A stretch of 64,000 nt of DNA from a virus (taxonomy: Duplodnaviria; Heunggongvirae; Uroviricota; Caudoviricetes), in the IMG/VR virus record IMGVR_UViG_3300009826_000001, positions 1-64,000 of that record. One strand, 5' to 3'. The notes under the pieces were generated by a model. It was not told the origin of the DNA, did no database searches, and saw nothing but the letters and a program-made list of their open reading frames with translations. Position numbers and translations under genes: made by a program. Positions 24,512 to 33,498 of the stretch are shown here, piece by piece (position 1 is the first letter of the stretch; the number at the start of each line of letters is the position of its first letter).

Positions 24512-25999
24512 ATGCCCGAGTTGCTAGAGGAGCGAGATCCGCTCAATCCGGCCGGGGGCATGGAGGCGTACCTCAAACGTATGCTCCAGCGCCGGGCTCA
24601 ATTAGTCCGACAGCGCGAGGCGTTGCAGGAGAAGGCCGAGGCCGTCCTGCTCGAAGCGCGCAGTGCGGGCCGCGACCAGCTTGGTCCTGAGGAAGATTCC
24701 GAGCTGCGCAAGTACACCAAGCAGATGAAGGCCCTGGGCGCCGACATTGCCGGCCTCGACGAGCGTATCGAGGAAACCCGGCAAGAGGTCGAGCGCACCG
24801 GCTCCATCAGCAAGAACCTCGCCAAGATTCGGCAGGCCGAGACTGCGGTCACCCGGGTCCGTGAGATGGCGGTCTACCAGCAGGGTGACAAGCGCCGGTC
24901 CTATATGCAGGACTTGGTGAAGATGAGCCTCAACCTGGACGCCACCGGCGAGTGCCGGGAACGCCTGATGCGGCACGCACAGGACGTTGCCACCAGCGAT
25001 GACTACCGGGAGTTCCGCGACATCGACCGGGTTGACGGTACCGGCGGTTACGCCGTGCCGCCCGTCTGGCTGATGAATCAGTACATCGAGTTGGCACGTC
25101 CGGGCCGGGCGTTCGCCAACCTGGTGCAGCGCCAGCCACTACCCGGCGGTACGGACTCGATCAACATCCCCAAGCTGTTGACCGGGACCGCGGTCGGTAT
25201 GCAGACCGACAACCAGGACGTCACCGAGGTGGACCTGACGGACACCTTCGTGAACGCTCCGGTACGCACCATCGCCGGCCAGCAAGGGCTCGCCATCCAG
25301 TTGATCGACCAGTCGCCCATCGCGTTCGACGACGTGGTGTTCCGCGACCTGGTGGCCGCGCACGCCGCCGCTGTGGACCAACAGGTTCTACAGGGCGACG
25401 GCACAGGCGGGCTTGGCCCGGGCAACCAGGCCGGCGGCCAGGTGCTCGGCGTGGACTACACCCCGGGGATTCTCACAGTGGCAGCCGCCACGGTGGACAT
25501 CCAGGGCGTGTACTCCGCGATCGCCAACGCCATCCAGCAAGTGCACACCACGCGTTTCCTGCCGCCCGAGGTGATCGTCATGCACCCGCGGCGATGGGGC
25601 TGGTTCCTGAGCCTGCTGGACACCACGCAGCGCCCGCTGTTCCTGCCCAGCGCCAACAGCCCGATGAACATCGGCGGTCTGTTGACTGCGGTGGCAAGCC
25701 AGCAGGTGGTCGGCCAGATGCACGGCCTGCCGGTGGTCACCGACCCGAACATCTCCACTGGGACGCCGCCTACCGGCGCACCGTTGGGGACGCCGGGCGA
25801 TGGCGAGGACACCATCTACGTCGCACGCGTGAGCGACTTGGTTCTGTGGGAGGGTGGCATCCGCGCTCGCGTGCTGCCGGAAACCCGCGCACAGACCCTG
25901 ACAGTCCTCCTGCAAATCTATTCGTACATCGCGTTCAGCGCAGGGCGGTATCCACAGTCCGTCGCGGTCATAACAGGTTTGACCCCACCGACCTTCTGA
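24512..25999 (+). CDS. major capsid protein (HK97 fold) with N-terminal coiled-coil delta-like region
   Basis: AAGGGA RBS; 495 aa; position after protease/scaffold; followed by strong terminator. Confidence 0.8.
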   Translation: MPELLEERDPLNPAGGMEAYLKRMLQRRAQLVRQREALQEKAEAVLLEARSAGRDQLGPEEDSELRKYTKQMKALGADIAGLDERIEETRQEVERTGSISKNLAKIRQAETAVTRVREMAVYQQGDKRRSYMQDLVKMSLNLDATGECRERLMRHAQDVATSDDYREFRDIDRVDGTGGYAVPPVWLMNQYIELARPGRAFANLVQRQPLPGGTDSINIPKLLTGTAVGMQTDNQDVTEVDLTDTFVNAPVRTIAGQQGLAIQLIDQSPIAFDDVVFRDLVAAHAAAVDQQVLQGDGTGGLGPGNQAGGQVLGVDYTPGILTVAAATVDIQGVYSAIANAIQQVHTTRFLPPEVIVMHPRRWGWFLSLLDTTQRPLFLPSANSPMNIGGLLTAVASQQVVGQMHGLPVVTDPNISTGTPPTGAPLGTPGDGEDTIYVARVSDLVLWEGGIRARVLPETRAQTLTVLLQIYSYIAFSAGRYPQSVAVITGLTPPTF

Positions 26000-26006
26000 C
26001 CTGCGG
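25994..26006 (+). repeat. 13-bp direct repeat TTCTGACCTGCGG (left copy)
   Basis: identical copy at 26853..26865 flanking the EndoVII gene. Confidence 0.6.
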
Positions 26007-26033
26007 TTTTACAACTAAATAGCCTCAAACAGC

Positions 26034-26077
26034 AAACTCCCCGGTAGTCAATCAGACTCCGGGGAGTTTGCTTGTTA
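26034..26077 (+). terminator. rho-independent terminator after capsid gene
   Basis: CAAACTCCCCGG / CCGGGGAGTTTG 12-bp stem followed by CTTGTT. Confidence 0.6.
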
Positions 26078-26148
26078 GCAAACCTCCCAGCAAACCGATT
26101 GCGTTGTGGGACACAAAATTGTCGCAGCCCGCTGTTAAGTTGCGCGGC

Positions 26149-26841
26149 ATGGATGATTCCCTGTTCTCGTACAGCGACCTTGATCCAGACCAACGAATCC
26201 CAGTGTGGGGGCCAGAGGGTCTGTTGCCACTGGGATTAGATGATCCTGACGTCGCGGCCGAGGGCATCCACTTCTGTCATAAGTGCAACAGAGTGAAGTT
26301 GCACTCGGAGTTCTACATTCGGCCAGGAAGTGGCCGAGTTCAATTCCCCTGCTCGGACTGTATAAGGGAGTACCAGAAGCGATACGCCGGAAACGATGAG
26401 TTCAATGCTCACCGACGAAAGCAATATGCGAATGACCCCGAGAAGCAGGCGAAGAATCGCGAGCGCCACCAACGCCTAATGCTCGATCCCGCATACCGGG
26501 CAGCGCAAGTGGAGAGGGTCAAGAAATGGGTCGATTCCAATCCCCTTCGCCGCTGGGCGACTCAGCTCAGCAGGTACAGCATCACGCCTGATGATTACGA
26601 AAAAATCTTCGCGGCGCAGGGAAGCGTCTGTGCAGGATGCTTAGCTCCCCCGAACGGCAGGAAGCTGGCTGTGGATCATAACCACCGGTGCTGCGACGGC
26701 GACTTCTCATGCGGGGCGTGCATCCGCGGCCTGCTATGCGATACCTGCAATCGCCGGATCTTGGGTAATGCGGAGAAGAATCGCACCGTCGAAGAAGCAA
26801 CTGCGGTGCTGCGTAGGCTGGCTGACTATCTGGAGGCTTGA
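26149..26841 (+). CDS. Endonuclease VII-type HNH homing endonuclease
   Basis: CAGCLAPPNGRKLAVDHNHRCCDGDFSCGACIRGLLCDTCNRRILG canonical EndoVII/HNH motif; ATG 26149 in ORF 26068..26841. Confidence 0.8.
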   Translation: MDDSLFSYSDLDPDQRIPVWGPEGLLPLGLDDPDVAAEGIHFCHKCNRVKLHSEFYIRPGSGRVQFPCSDCIREYQKRYAGNDEFNAHRRKQYANDPEKQAKNRERHQRLMLDPAYRAAQVERVKKWVDSNPLRRWATQLSRYSITPDDYEKIFAAQGSVCAGCLAPPNGRKLAVDHNHRCCDGDFSCGACIRGLLCDTCNRRILGNAEKNRTVEEATAVLRRLADYLEA

Positions 26842-26852
26842 CGCCGCCTACG

Positions 26853-26865
26853 TTCTGACCTGCGG
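26853..26865 (+). repeat. 13-bp direct repeat TTCTGACCTGCGG (right copy)
   Basis: see 25994..26006. Confidence 0.6.
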
Positions 26866-26873
26866 AAACGCTG

Positions 26874-26911
26874 AAAACTGGCCGCCACGATCAAGTGGCG
26901 GCCAGTTTTTT
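26874..26911 (+). terminator. bidirectional rho-independent terminator
   Basis: AAAACTGGCCGCC-ACGATCAAGT-GGCGGCCAGTTTTTT. Confidence 0.65.
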
Positions 26912-26936
26912 GTGTGGCTACCGATACCCTTAACTC

Positions 26937-27323
26937 ATGGCCGCGCCCGTTCCCAACCGCTGGGCCAACGATCCCCACCCGCGCGGCGTCCCATTACTGC
27001 CAGCGCCCCCGCCAGTCTGGGACCCGTGTAGTCACGGTGGCGACCTGGCGGTACACGGCACCGGAGAGTGCGCTGACTCCGCCAACCCCGCCACCGCTGT
27101 CACGGCCGAGGTTCGCTGGATGGCCGATCCCGGCCTGGGCCCCGAACCGGCCCGTGCCGCGTCAGTGCTCTATATCGCCAGCCTGGCCGCGGCCGGCAGC
27201 GGGGCGACGTTCTTTGCCCGCGACGCGATGTTCGGCGACGTGGAGCCGGTACTGCAAACCGCGCCGACGCCCACGATGGGCAAGCTGCTGTTCTTCCCCA
27301 CGGATCACAAGCGCCTCGGCTGA
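26937..27323 (+). CDS. hypothetical head/connector-region protein (128 aa)
   Basis: ORF track; preferred over overlapping 475-aa Arg/Pro-rich ORF 26914..28341. Confidence 0.4.
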   Translation: MAAPVPNRWANDPHPRGVPLLPAPPPVWDPCSHGGDLAVHGTGECADSANPATAVTAEVRWMADPGLGPEPARAASVLYIASLAAAGSGATFFARDAMFGDVEPVLQTAPTPTMGKLLFFPTDHKRLG

Positions 27324-27347
27324 ACATCGACACGGACAGACCAGCCG

Positions 27348-27827
27348 GTGGCATTGCCTCCCACCGGCTGGTCCCGCGTTTACGCTTATGTCATGGCAGA
27401 GCTTTACGACATGGCCACCGAGGATGTCCGCGATCCCGATAGCGCCCGCGCCCAGGCGATCAAGACAGCGGTACGCAACTACAAAGCGGCCCACAAGAAG
27501 CCACCCGAGCACTTGCAGCGGCTGGCCGACGAGCTCAACGGCCGGCCCGAGAAGAAGCCTGAGCCGGAGCCCGAGCCCCTCCCGGAGCCAGAGCCCGAGT
27601 CCGAACCCAAGCCGCAAGATTTCAGCGTCAGTGTCGATGGCGTGGATCAAGGCCCTGGGCAGGTGGACACGCGCCCCGACGACAGTCATCCCGGTGAACA
27701 GATCACGCCCGAATCCGGGCACAGGCCCAGGTCCAAGCCCAAGCCCGACGAACCGATCTTCCATGAGTTGCCCGGCCCTCTCTCGTCCCGCCGACCCCGC
27801 CGTAAACCCAAGGAGGAAACCAAGTGA
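27348..27827 (+). CDS. hypothetical protein with PEPEPEP linker
   Basis: ORF track. Confidence 0.45.
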   Translation: MALPPTGWSRVYAYVMAELYDMATEDVRDPDSARAQAIKTAVRNYKAAHKKPPEHLQRLADELNGRPEKKPEPEPEPLPEPEPESEPKPQDFSVSVDGVDQGPGQVDTRPDDSHPGEQITPESGHRPRSKPKPDEPIFHELPGPLSSRRPRRKPKEETK

Positions 27828-28084
27828 CGACTGCCATCAGCACTCCCGAGGGGCCCGTCGACACCGTCAACTACAGCACCCCCGCTCCCGAGGACGGGAC
27901 GATCTACCAGCGCGACCCGGCCACCGGCGACGTCTACATCGTGGCCGTCTTCGACCGCAACCCCTACAGCACCGGCCGTGGCGAGGGCGGCTGGTGCAAC
28001 CAGACCATCCCGCCGCAGGTGCCACCGCGCACCCCGATTTCGGCGGGCTACACGATGGTCGACGGAAGCTGGACGAGTGGCTGA
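27824..28084 (+). CDS. hypothetical protein (86 aa)
   Basis: ORF track. Confidence 0.45.
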   Translation: MTTAISTPEGPVDTVNYSTPAPEDGTIYQRDPATGDVYIVAVFDRNPYSTGRGEGGWCNQTIPPQVPPRTPISAGYTMVDGSWTSG

Positions 28085-28751
28085 GGACGACGAGGAATGG
28101 ATCGCGGCCCGTAAGGAAGCGGCTCTGCGTGTCCACAAGGACCCGATCCTCGACCTCATCGACACGCGCGACCCGGACTGGAATCTCTACGTCCAGCGCG
28201 ACATCCACTACCTACTGCGCGCGGCCGGCAAGACGATCCGGCAATACTGCGGGTGGCACATCTACCCCAATATCACCGAAACGCTCTACGACCAGGAGCT
28301 GGGCTCGGGCGGTCGGATCATCCTGCCCACGCTGTTTTTGACCGACGTGCTGTCGGTGAAGCTGCGCTTCGGCTCACCCGACCGACTGTTCGAGCTGAGT
28401 CCTCACGAGTACAGCTGGTGGCAGAACGGCTACATCATGCCTAATCGCCAGCCCTGGTCCGGGCGCGACTGGACCGGCTACTACTACGAGCCCGGGCCCA
28501 CGTTCCTGCCGGTGACCCGGCCCGGCTTCGCCCACGTCACCATCTGTCACGGCTATGACCGGGTGCCTGACGACATCCGGCAGGTGACCTTCGAGCTGGC
28601 CCGCTGGACGCAGGAGATGCCTATCGGCGGCAACGTGAGGATGATCAGCTCGCCGGGCTTCCGGCTGGCGCTCAACCAGGGCATGGGGATGAACCTGAAC
28701 CCCGACCAGAAGCTACGCCTGGGCAACTACTGCATCGGGAACTTCAAGTGA
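28077..28751 (+). CDS. putative head-to-tail connector protein (224 aa)
   Basis: GTG 28077 overlapping upstream stop; position between capsid and tail genes. Confidence 0.45.
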   Translation: MAEDDEEWIAARKEAALRVHKDPILDLIDTRDPDWNLYVQRDIHYLLRAAGKTIRQYCGWHIYPNITETLYDQELGSGGRIILPTLFLTDVLSVKLRFGSPDRLFELSPHEYSWWQNGYIMPNRQPWSGRDWTGYYYEPGPTFLPVTRPGFAHVTICHGYDRVPDDIRQVTFELARWTQEMPIGGNVRMISSPGFRLALNQGMGMNLNPDQKLRLGNYCIGNFK

Positions 28752-29050
28752 GCCGCATGGACGTCTCCGGCTGGCACAGCAAGGTGATCCGCGAGATAGA
28801 GCGCCAGCACGCGGCACGCCAGCATCCTCCTCTGCACTCGGGTTGGCGGGTCGCGCGTCTTGAGGTCAATGCTGATGATTGGCAAGAGGTGGGAGCCGAG
28901 CTGAAACGCAGCGCCACCGGCGACCCGCTGTACCTGCCGCCTGATGCTGAGCTCAACGCGGCGGCGGAAGCCGGGGCGGTGGGAACGATGCACGGCATTC
29001 CCGTCTGGCTGTCGCCCACCCTCCCCCGTGGCCGGGTGGACGCTAGATGA
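28748..29050 (+). CDS. hypothetical protein (100 aa)
   Basis: ORF track. Confidence 0.45.
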   Translation: MSRMDVSGWHSKVIREIERQHAARQHPPLHSGWRVARLEVNADDWQEVGAELKRSATGDPLYLPPDAELNAAAEAGAVGTMHGIPVWLSPTLPRGRVDAR

Positions 29051-29146
29051 TTCCGACTCGGTGGGCTGCGCATACCGACCATAAGGCAGACGGCAAATGA
29101 TAGCTTCGGCTGATGTCGCTGAACCTTTAATTCTGGGAATAACGCA

Positions 29147-29290
29147 ATGACTCCGACCCTATTCGCACGCCTCGCGACCGCCATCCGGGCGATCCTGTTC
29201 AACATCACGCACCCGCACCGGATGCCTCAGTGCCGACACGGCTTTGCCCCTGACCAGGGGTTGGGCCTGTGGTGCCCGGCATGTCGATAA
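29147..29290 (+). CDS. small Cys-rich zinc-ribbon-like protein (47 aa, not in track)
   Basis: MTPTLFARLATAIRAILFNITHPHRMPQCRHGFAPDQGLGLWCPACR; stop overlaps next ATG. Confidence 0.3.
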   Translation: MTPTLFARLATAIRAILFNITHPHRMPQCRHGFAPDQGLGLWCPACR

Positions 29291-29688
29291 TCCCTAGCCC
29301 GTGGGCCATCGCCTACGCGCACCGGCACTTCACCGGCACCAAGGACTCGCACGGCAACAAGAAGCGCATCACCGACCCGCCCGAGATACGGATGGTGATG
29401 AGCATCGCCCAGCCGGGCCGCTTCGGCGCCAGCCGCGAGGTCATCTCCGCCGAGAACCTGCTGCGCGACGAGACCGCGCTGATGATGGCGGTCGCCGACC
29501 CGACGATCTACTACGTCGATGACTCCATCTGGATCTTCCCCGAGTTCGACAAGTACGGCTGCCTGATCCCGGGCTCAGGCATCGCCTACTGGATCATGGG
29601 CACACCCGCCGATGACCGCCAGGGGCCGTGGCCGGATCTACTGGCCATGTTCGGCGGCGTCGTTAGATGTAAACGAGTCAGCGGCTAA
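29281..29688 (+). CDS. hypothetical protein (135 aa)
   Basis: ATG 29281 in ORF 29269..29688. Confidence 0.5.
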   Translation: MSIIPSPWAIAYAHRHFTGTKDSHGNKKRITDPPEIRMVMSIAQPGRFGASREVISAENLLRDETALMMAVADPTIYYVDDSIWIFPEFDKYGCLIPGSGIAYWIMGTPADDRQGPWPDLLAMFGGVVRCKRVSG

Positions 29689-29694
29689 TTAGAC

Positions 29695-29895
29695 TTGCGG
29701 AGTATGATTCGCAACTCTCTGAAAGCGATCGCCGCCGGCATCGGCGCGATCCTGAGCGTAGCCGTCGCGCTGGACGGCATCGGTTTCATCCCCGCCTCGG
29801 CCAGGGCAGTCACCAGCATCGTCATCGCCGTACTCACGCCGGTCGCCACCTGGCTGGCGCCCTACACCGCGACCGCGACCGAGACCGTTGACTGA
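29695..29895 (+). CDS. small two-TM membrane protein (66 aa)
   Basis: AIAAGIGAILSVAVALDGIGFIP... and IVIAVLTPVATWLAPY hydrophobic helices. Confidence 0.45.
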   Translation: MRSMIRNSLKAIAAGIGAILSVAVALDGIGFIPASARAVTSIVIAVLTPVATWLAPYTATATETVD

Positions 29896-30469
29896 GTTTG
29901 CCGGCGAGCTCGGCGAAGGCGCCTTTGGAGCGGCCGAAGCCGCCGGCGGTGACGAAGCCGAGGCCGGCGCTGGGATCAGCCCGTGGCCAATGGACCTGGG
30001 CCACGGCAACTACATGGTGCTCGACCCGGCTGCAATCGAAGCGTTGTTCACCACCCCGCAAGCCAACGCGGCGGTACAGGCCCGCGCCCAGTCGGTGATC
30101 GACATCGCCAACGGTCTGGCCGTGCTACACGGCGTGGTCTATGAAGCCGTGGAGATCAACACCGGGCCGTGGGCGACGAACTTCTTTGGCGTTGAGACAA
30201 CCCGGCCGGTGATCGTGGTGCGGCCCAAGAACTTCTGGGCCTATCTTGAGGAACAACAGCACTCCACCCTGATGATCGCGGCTCACATGGCGGGCAACGA
30301 CCCGAAGGTCACCTACGAGAATCTGTCACAGGGCCTTCCGCTGGACGAGTCCTTCGGCGGATTCAACACGCCGCTGGGTGTGGTGATGGGCGAGATGGAG
30401 GCGTTCTCCGAGGAGCCGGGAACCGGCGACACCGCGGGCGGCGGATTTGAGGAGGGGGCCACGACATGA
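29888..30469 (+). CDS. hypothetical protein (start uncertain: TTG 29888 or ATG 29990)
   Basis: ORF track. Confidence 0.45.
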   Translation: MTEFAGELGEGAFGAAEAAGGDEAEAGAGISPWPMDLGHGNYMVLDPAAIEALFTTPQANAAVQARAQSVIDIANGLAVLHGVVYEAVEINTGPWATNFFGVETTRPVIVVRPKNFWAYLEEQQHSTLMIAAHMAGNDPKVTYENLSQGLPLDESFGGFNTPLGVVMGEMEAFSEEPGTGDTAGGGFEEGATT

Positions 30470-30978
30470 CGTCCTCCTACCCGATCACGGCGGCCATCCG
30501 GCCGTTTCCCACCATGCGGCCAATCCCGGTCGAGGACGTGGCGGTGGCCTACTTCACAGCGATGCTCGATCCGCTGGTGGTCTGCACCCGTAACCCCGAG
30601 TCGCTGCCAGGCGAAGACACGCCCGGGGAGTTCCTGAGAATTCAGGCCGGAGGTGGCCGCCAGCTGCCCAACTGGTACTGGTTCGACATGAGTGTGATCC
30701 TGCACAGCTATGCGCCCAACGACCTGGAGACTCACGCCGAGCGCAACCTCGGCGATGCCATAGCGTGGGGCGCCAACGCACAGGGCACGCTCGTCACCAT
30801 TCCTAACGGCGACCAATACTGGATCACCTACAGCTTCGCCTCGGGCACGCTCACTCGTCTGGGCGATCCGCTGGTGGACATGATCCGTTACCGCGGCATG
30901 GTGACCTGGCGCGTGCAGGGTCACCAGCTGGCGCCCAATCCGGTGGTTCCGTCACCGGATGGCCAGCCCGCGGTATGA
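30466..30978 (+). CDS. hypothetical protein (170 aa)
   Basis: ATGA overlap; followed by 25-aa TM peptide ORF 30975..31052 (MTIVIACVALGVFLALLLHFDRREW) coupled to next gene. Confidence 0.5.
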   Translation: MTSSYPITAAIRPFPTMRPIPVEDVAVAYFTAMLDPLVVCTRNPESLPGEDTPGEFLRIQAGGGRQLPNWYWFDMSVILHSYAPNDLETHAERNLGDAIAWGANAQGTLVTIPNGDQYWITYSFASGTLTRLGDPLVDMIRYRGMVTWRVQGHQLAPNPVVPSPDGQPAV

Positions 30979-31045
30979 CCATCGTGATCGCGTGCGTGGC
31001 ACTGGGGGTCTTCCTGGCGCTGCTACTGCACTTTGACCGTAGGGA

Positions 31046-31699
31046 ATGGTGATGGGCTTCATCGAGCAGCAGGCGAGCGCCTGGACGCAGATTGTGGACA
31101 TGATGATCGAGCAGCCCACCAATGTGCTCATCAACGGGTCGATGAACGGCCCCGCAGCCAACATGGCCGGGAGCGCCAACGTGCGTCACGAGCTGCCGTT
31201 TTTGCTGCGCGAGTACAAGATCACCTCGATGCTCGACGTGCCATGCGGGGACCTGTCCTGGATTCGGCACACCGACCTGCGCAGCCTCTATGTGTATATC
31301 GGCGTCGATGTCGACCGCCGGCTCATTGACGAGGCGCGCCGAGCGTGCCCAATGGGCGGGTTCATCTGCGCCAATATCCTCACCCGCGAGAAGCTGCCTG
31401 TGGTCGATCTGATCCTGTGCCGGGACTTCCTCATGTGCCTGCCTGACGAGCACCTGCAGTCGGTGATCGAGAAGTTCAAATGCTCGGCGGCAGCGTACCT
31501 GTTGGCGAGTAACTACCCGGGCTCGTCGAACACCTTCGACTACCATCCCGAGCAGTTCCCTATCCTCGGTTACCTGGAGAGGCCGTACGATCTCACTGCG
31601 CCACCGTTCAACCTGGAGCAGATCGACGGCATCATCGAGAACCAAGCATCGGCAGGATTGGTGAGCAAACCGCATGAGCTGGCACTATTCAAAATCTGA
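31046..31699 (+). CDS. class-I SAM-dependent methyltransferase-like protein (paralogue of 13301..14038)
   Basis: MLDVPCGDLSWI, GVDVD, DLILCRDFLMCLPDEHLQSV, YPGSSN...GYLERP shared with 13301..14038. Confidence 0.55.
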   Translation: MVMGFIEQQASAWTQIVDMMIEQPTNVLINGSMNGPAANMAGSANVRHELPFLLREYKITSMLDVPCGDLSWIRHTDLRSLYVYIGVDVDRRLIDEARRACPMGGFICANILTREKLPVVDLILCRDFLMCLPDEHLQSVIEKFKCSAAAYLLASNYPGSSNTFDYHPEQFPILGYLERPYDLTAPPFNLEQIDGIIENQASAGLVSKPHELALFKI

Positions 31700-31711
31700 T
31701 GCAGAAATCTG

Positions 31712-32188
31712 ATGCAGCCTGAGTGGGCTGCCCGATTCTGGGCGAGGGTCGACAAGAACGGGCCCATCTCAGAGCTAGGCACTCCCTGTTGGATCTGGAC
31801 AGGACCACAGGCCGGAAAGGGATACGGATATCCCTGCTTCAATGGCAAGCATGAGTACGCCCACCGGCTTGCCTGGGAACTGGCCTACGGCCCGATCGGC
31901 AATGGGCTCACTATCGACCATCGCTGTCACGTTCCGCTCTGTGTCAACGCCGAGCATCTACGCTGCGTGACGCAGAAGCAGAACATCGAAAACCAGCGAA
32001 ACGGGATAAGACAGAGTGCCAACGGAGTTCGTGGAGTCACCCGAGGGAGATGGGGCGTCGGCTTCACCGCCCAGCTCAAGCATGAGGGAAAGTGCATCTA
32101 CCTCGGTACATACGCCACGCTCGAGGAAGCCGAGCAGGCGGCGGTCAACGGCCGCGCAAGGCTATTCACCCATTCAGACGGACGTTAG
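31712..32188 (+). CDS. HNH endonuclease with C-terminal AP2 domain
   Basis: CWIWTG...GYGYP...AHRLAWELAYGPIGNGLTIDHRCHVPLCVNAEHL (HNH_3) and GVRGVTRGRWGVGFTAQLKHEGKCIYLGTYATLEEAEQA (AP2). Confidence 0.75.
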   Translation: MQPEWAARFWARVDKNGPISELGTPCWIWTGPQAGKGYGYPCFNGKHEYAHRLAWELAYGPIGNGLTIDHRCHVPLCVNAEHLRCVTQKQNIENQRNGIRQSANGVRGVTRGRWGVGFTAQLKHEGKCIYLGTYATLEEAEQAAVNGRARLFTHSDGR

Positions 32189-32288
32189 CTTGACAGGATC
32201 GCGGCCGGCTTTTAGCGTGAATCGCGTGTAGGTAACCAATTCCGCAGGACCAGTCCCGGGCAAGCTCTATATCGCTGTCCGGGCTGAT

Positions 32289-32591
32289 TTGTCTCCGGGG
32301 CTCGCGATGGCCCAAGCAGTCCACGCCGGTATCGACTTCAGCCTGAGATTCCCCGGGCTAGTTGAGGCATGGCATCGCGATTCCAACAATGTGGTGATCG
32401 TCGGCGCGCCCAACGAGGCGGGGCTGCTGATGCTCGACAGCCTCGCCTATTCGCTCGGCATGAAACACCAGCTCGTCACCGAGCCCGACATCGGCGACGC
32501 CGCCACCGCCATCGTCCTGGAGCCCGGCTCCCTGGCCAAGCGCATGTGCGCGGAGTTCCCGCTGGCGTTACGGGAGGACGCGGTGGCCTAA
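32289..32591 (+). CDS. hypothetical protein (100 aa)
   Basis: ORF track; followed by GGGCG-CTTG-CGCCC hairpin. Confidence 0.45.
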   Translation: MSPGLAMAQAVHAGIDFSLRFPGLVEAWHRDSNNVVIVGAPNEAGLLMLDSLAYSLGMKHQLVTEPDIGDAATAIVLEPGSLAKRMCAEFPLALREDAVA

Positions 32592-32688
32592 GACCCGGCG
32601 GCGGGGCGCTTGCGCCCGTAAGGAGGTTCGAAGCCTTCCGCCGCCACCAGCCGCGAGTCATGGCGACAGATGAGGCCCTAACCCTCTA

Positions 32689-33366
32689 TCAGCCCGGTCC
32701 GATCCCGGGGCGCGGCGCTTGACCGCCCGGTTTCGGGCGCCGGTGAAACCCCGAATGCTGTGCGTAGAGGTGCTCGGGATTCACGCAACCCTCATTGCGG
32801 CAGCTGCGCAGGATGACCGTGCGCGCCGGGATGGGCCCGTAGTGCAGCTCCCAGCAGTAGCGGTGCGCCAGCATGGTCTTGCCATTGACGCCGATGGTGG
32901 GCCGGCCGCGCCAGCCCCAGCAGTTGTTCTCCGGGCTCATCTGCACGCGGTCCCAGAACCGTTCCTCGGGCGTGCGCGTGATGAAGACCTCGCCGGGATC
33001 GCCGGTCTTGAGCCACGTCATGTAGTGGCTCACGCACCAGCCCCGGCAGTGCGCCGAGCGGGTGCAGCCGTCGACGATGCACTTGGCCCACTGGGGACGC
33101 TTGAGCTCGACATTGGCGAACTTCGCGCCGATCGAGCGCCAGTAGGACCGACGTGCCGCGGTGCTGCCGGCCTTCCAGACACGCAGGTCGGGCTCCATTG
33201 TGACCTCCACCAGCCCGCGGTCCGAGAGTGCCTTGACGGCCCGGTACGCCTGTGCGCGGGTGATGGCCAGCGCGGTGGCGATGCGACCGGTGGTCAGGTA
33301 TCGGCGGGTATCGCGCTCAAGAAGCGCCAGGATGCGGCGCTGCACGGACCCGATGGAGCGGCTCAC
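32689..33366 (-). CDS. HNH endonuclease with N-terminal HTH (opposite strand to late operon)
   Basis: CWGWRGRPTIGVNGKTMLAHRYCWELHYGPIPARTVILRSCRNEGCVNPEHL HNH_3 motif; N-terminal winged-helix-like; GTG start directly after T7 tract. Confidence 0.75.
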   Translation of the reverse strand: MSRSIGSVQRRILALLERDTRRYLTTGRIATALAITRAQAYRAVKALSDRGLVEVTMEPDLRVWKAGSTAARRSYWRSIGAKFANVELKRPQWAKCIVDGCTRSAHCRGWCVSHYMTWLKTGDPGEVFITRTPEERFWDRVQMSPENNCWGWRGRPTIGVNGKTMLAHRYCWELHYGPIPARTVILRSCRNEGCVNPEHLYAQHSGFHRRPKPGGQAPRPGIGPG

Positions 33367-33498
33367 AAAAAAACCGTATAGAAGTGCACGGCTTTATGGT
33401 ATTCGCCCGGTCGGTCACTGCGGTGTTTCGCCGCGACGGCGCCTTACATCGCTGTAATTCTGGGAGCCGGGCCACCCTCTATTCCAAGGAGTAGACGA

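Noticed and set aside
26914-28341. 475-aa ORF
   Set aside because: Arg/Pro/Ser/Thr-rich low-complexity translation overlapping four shorter ORFs in another frame that have protein-like composition and coupled starts. It is a typical high-GC out-of-frame artefact.
29695-29895. Holin call for the two-TM 66-aa protein
   Set aside because: Its topology is holin-like, but it sits amid head-tail joining genes with no adjacent endolysin, so holin function is not supported.
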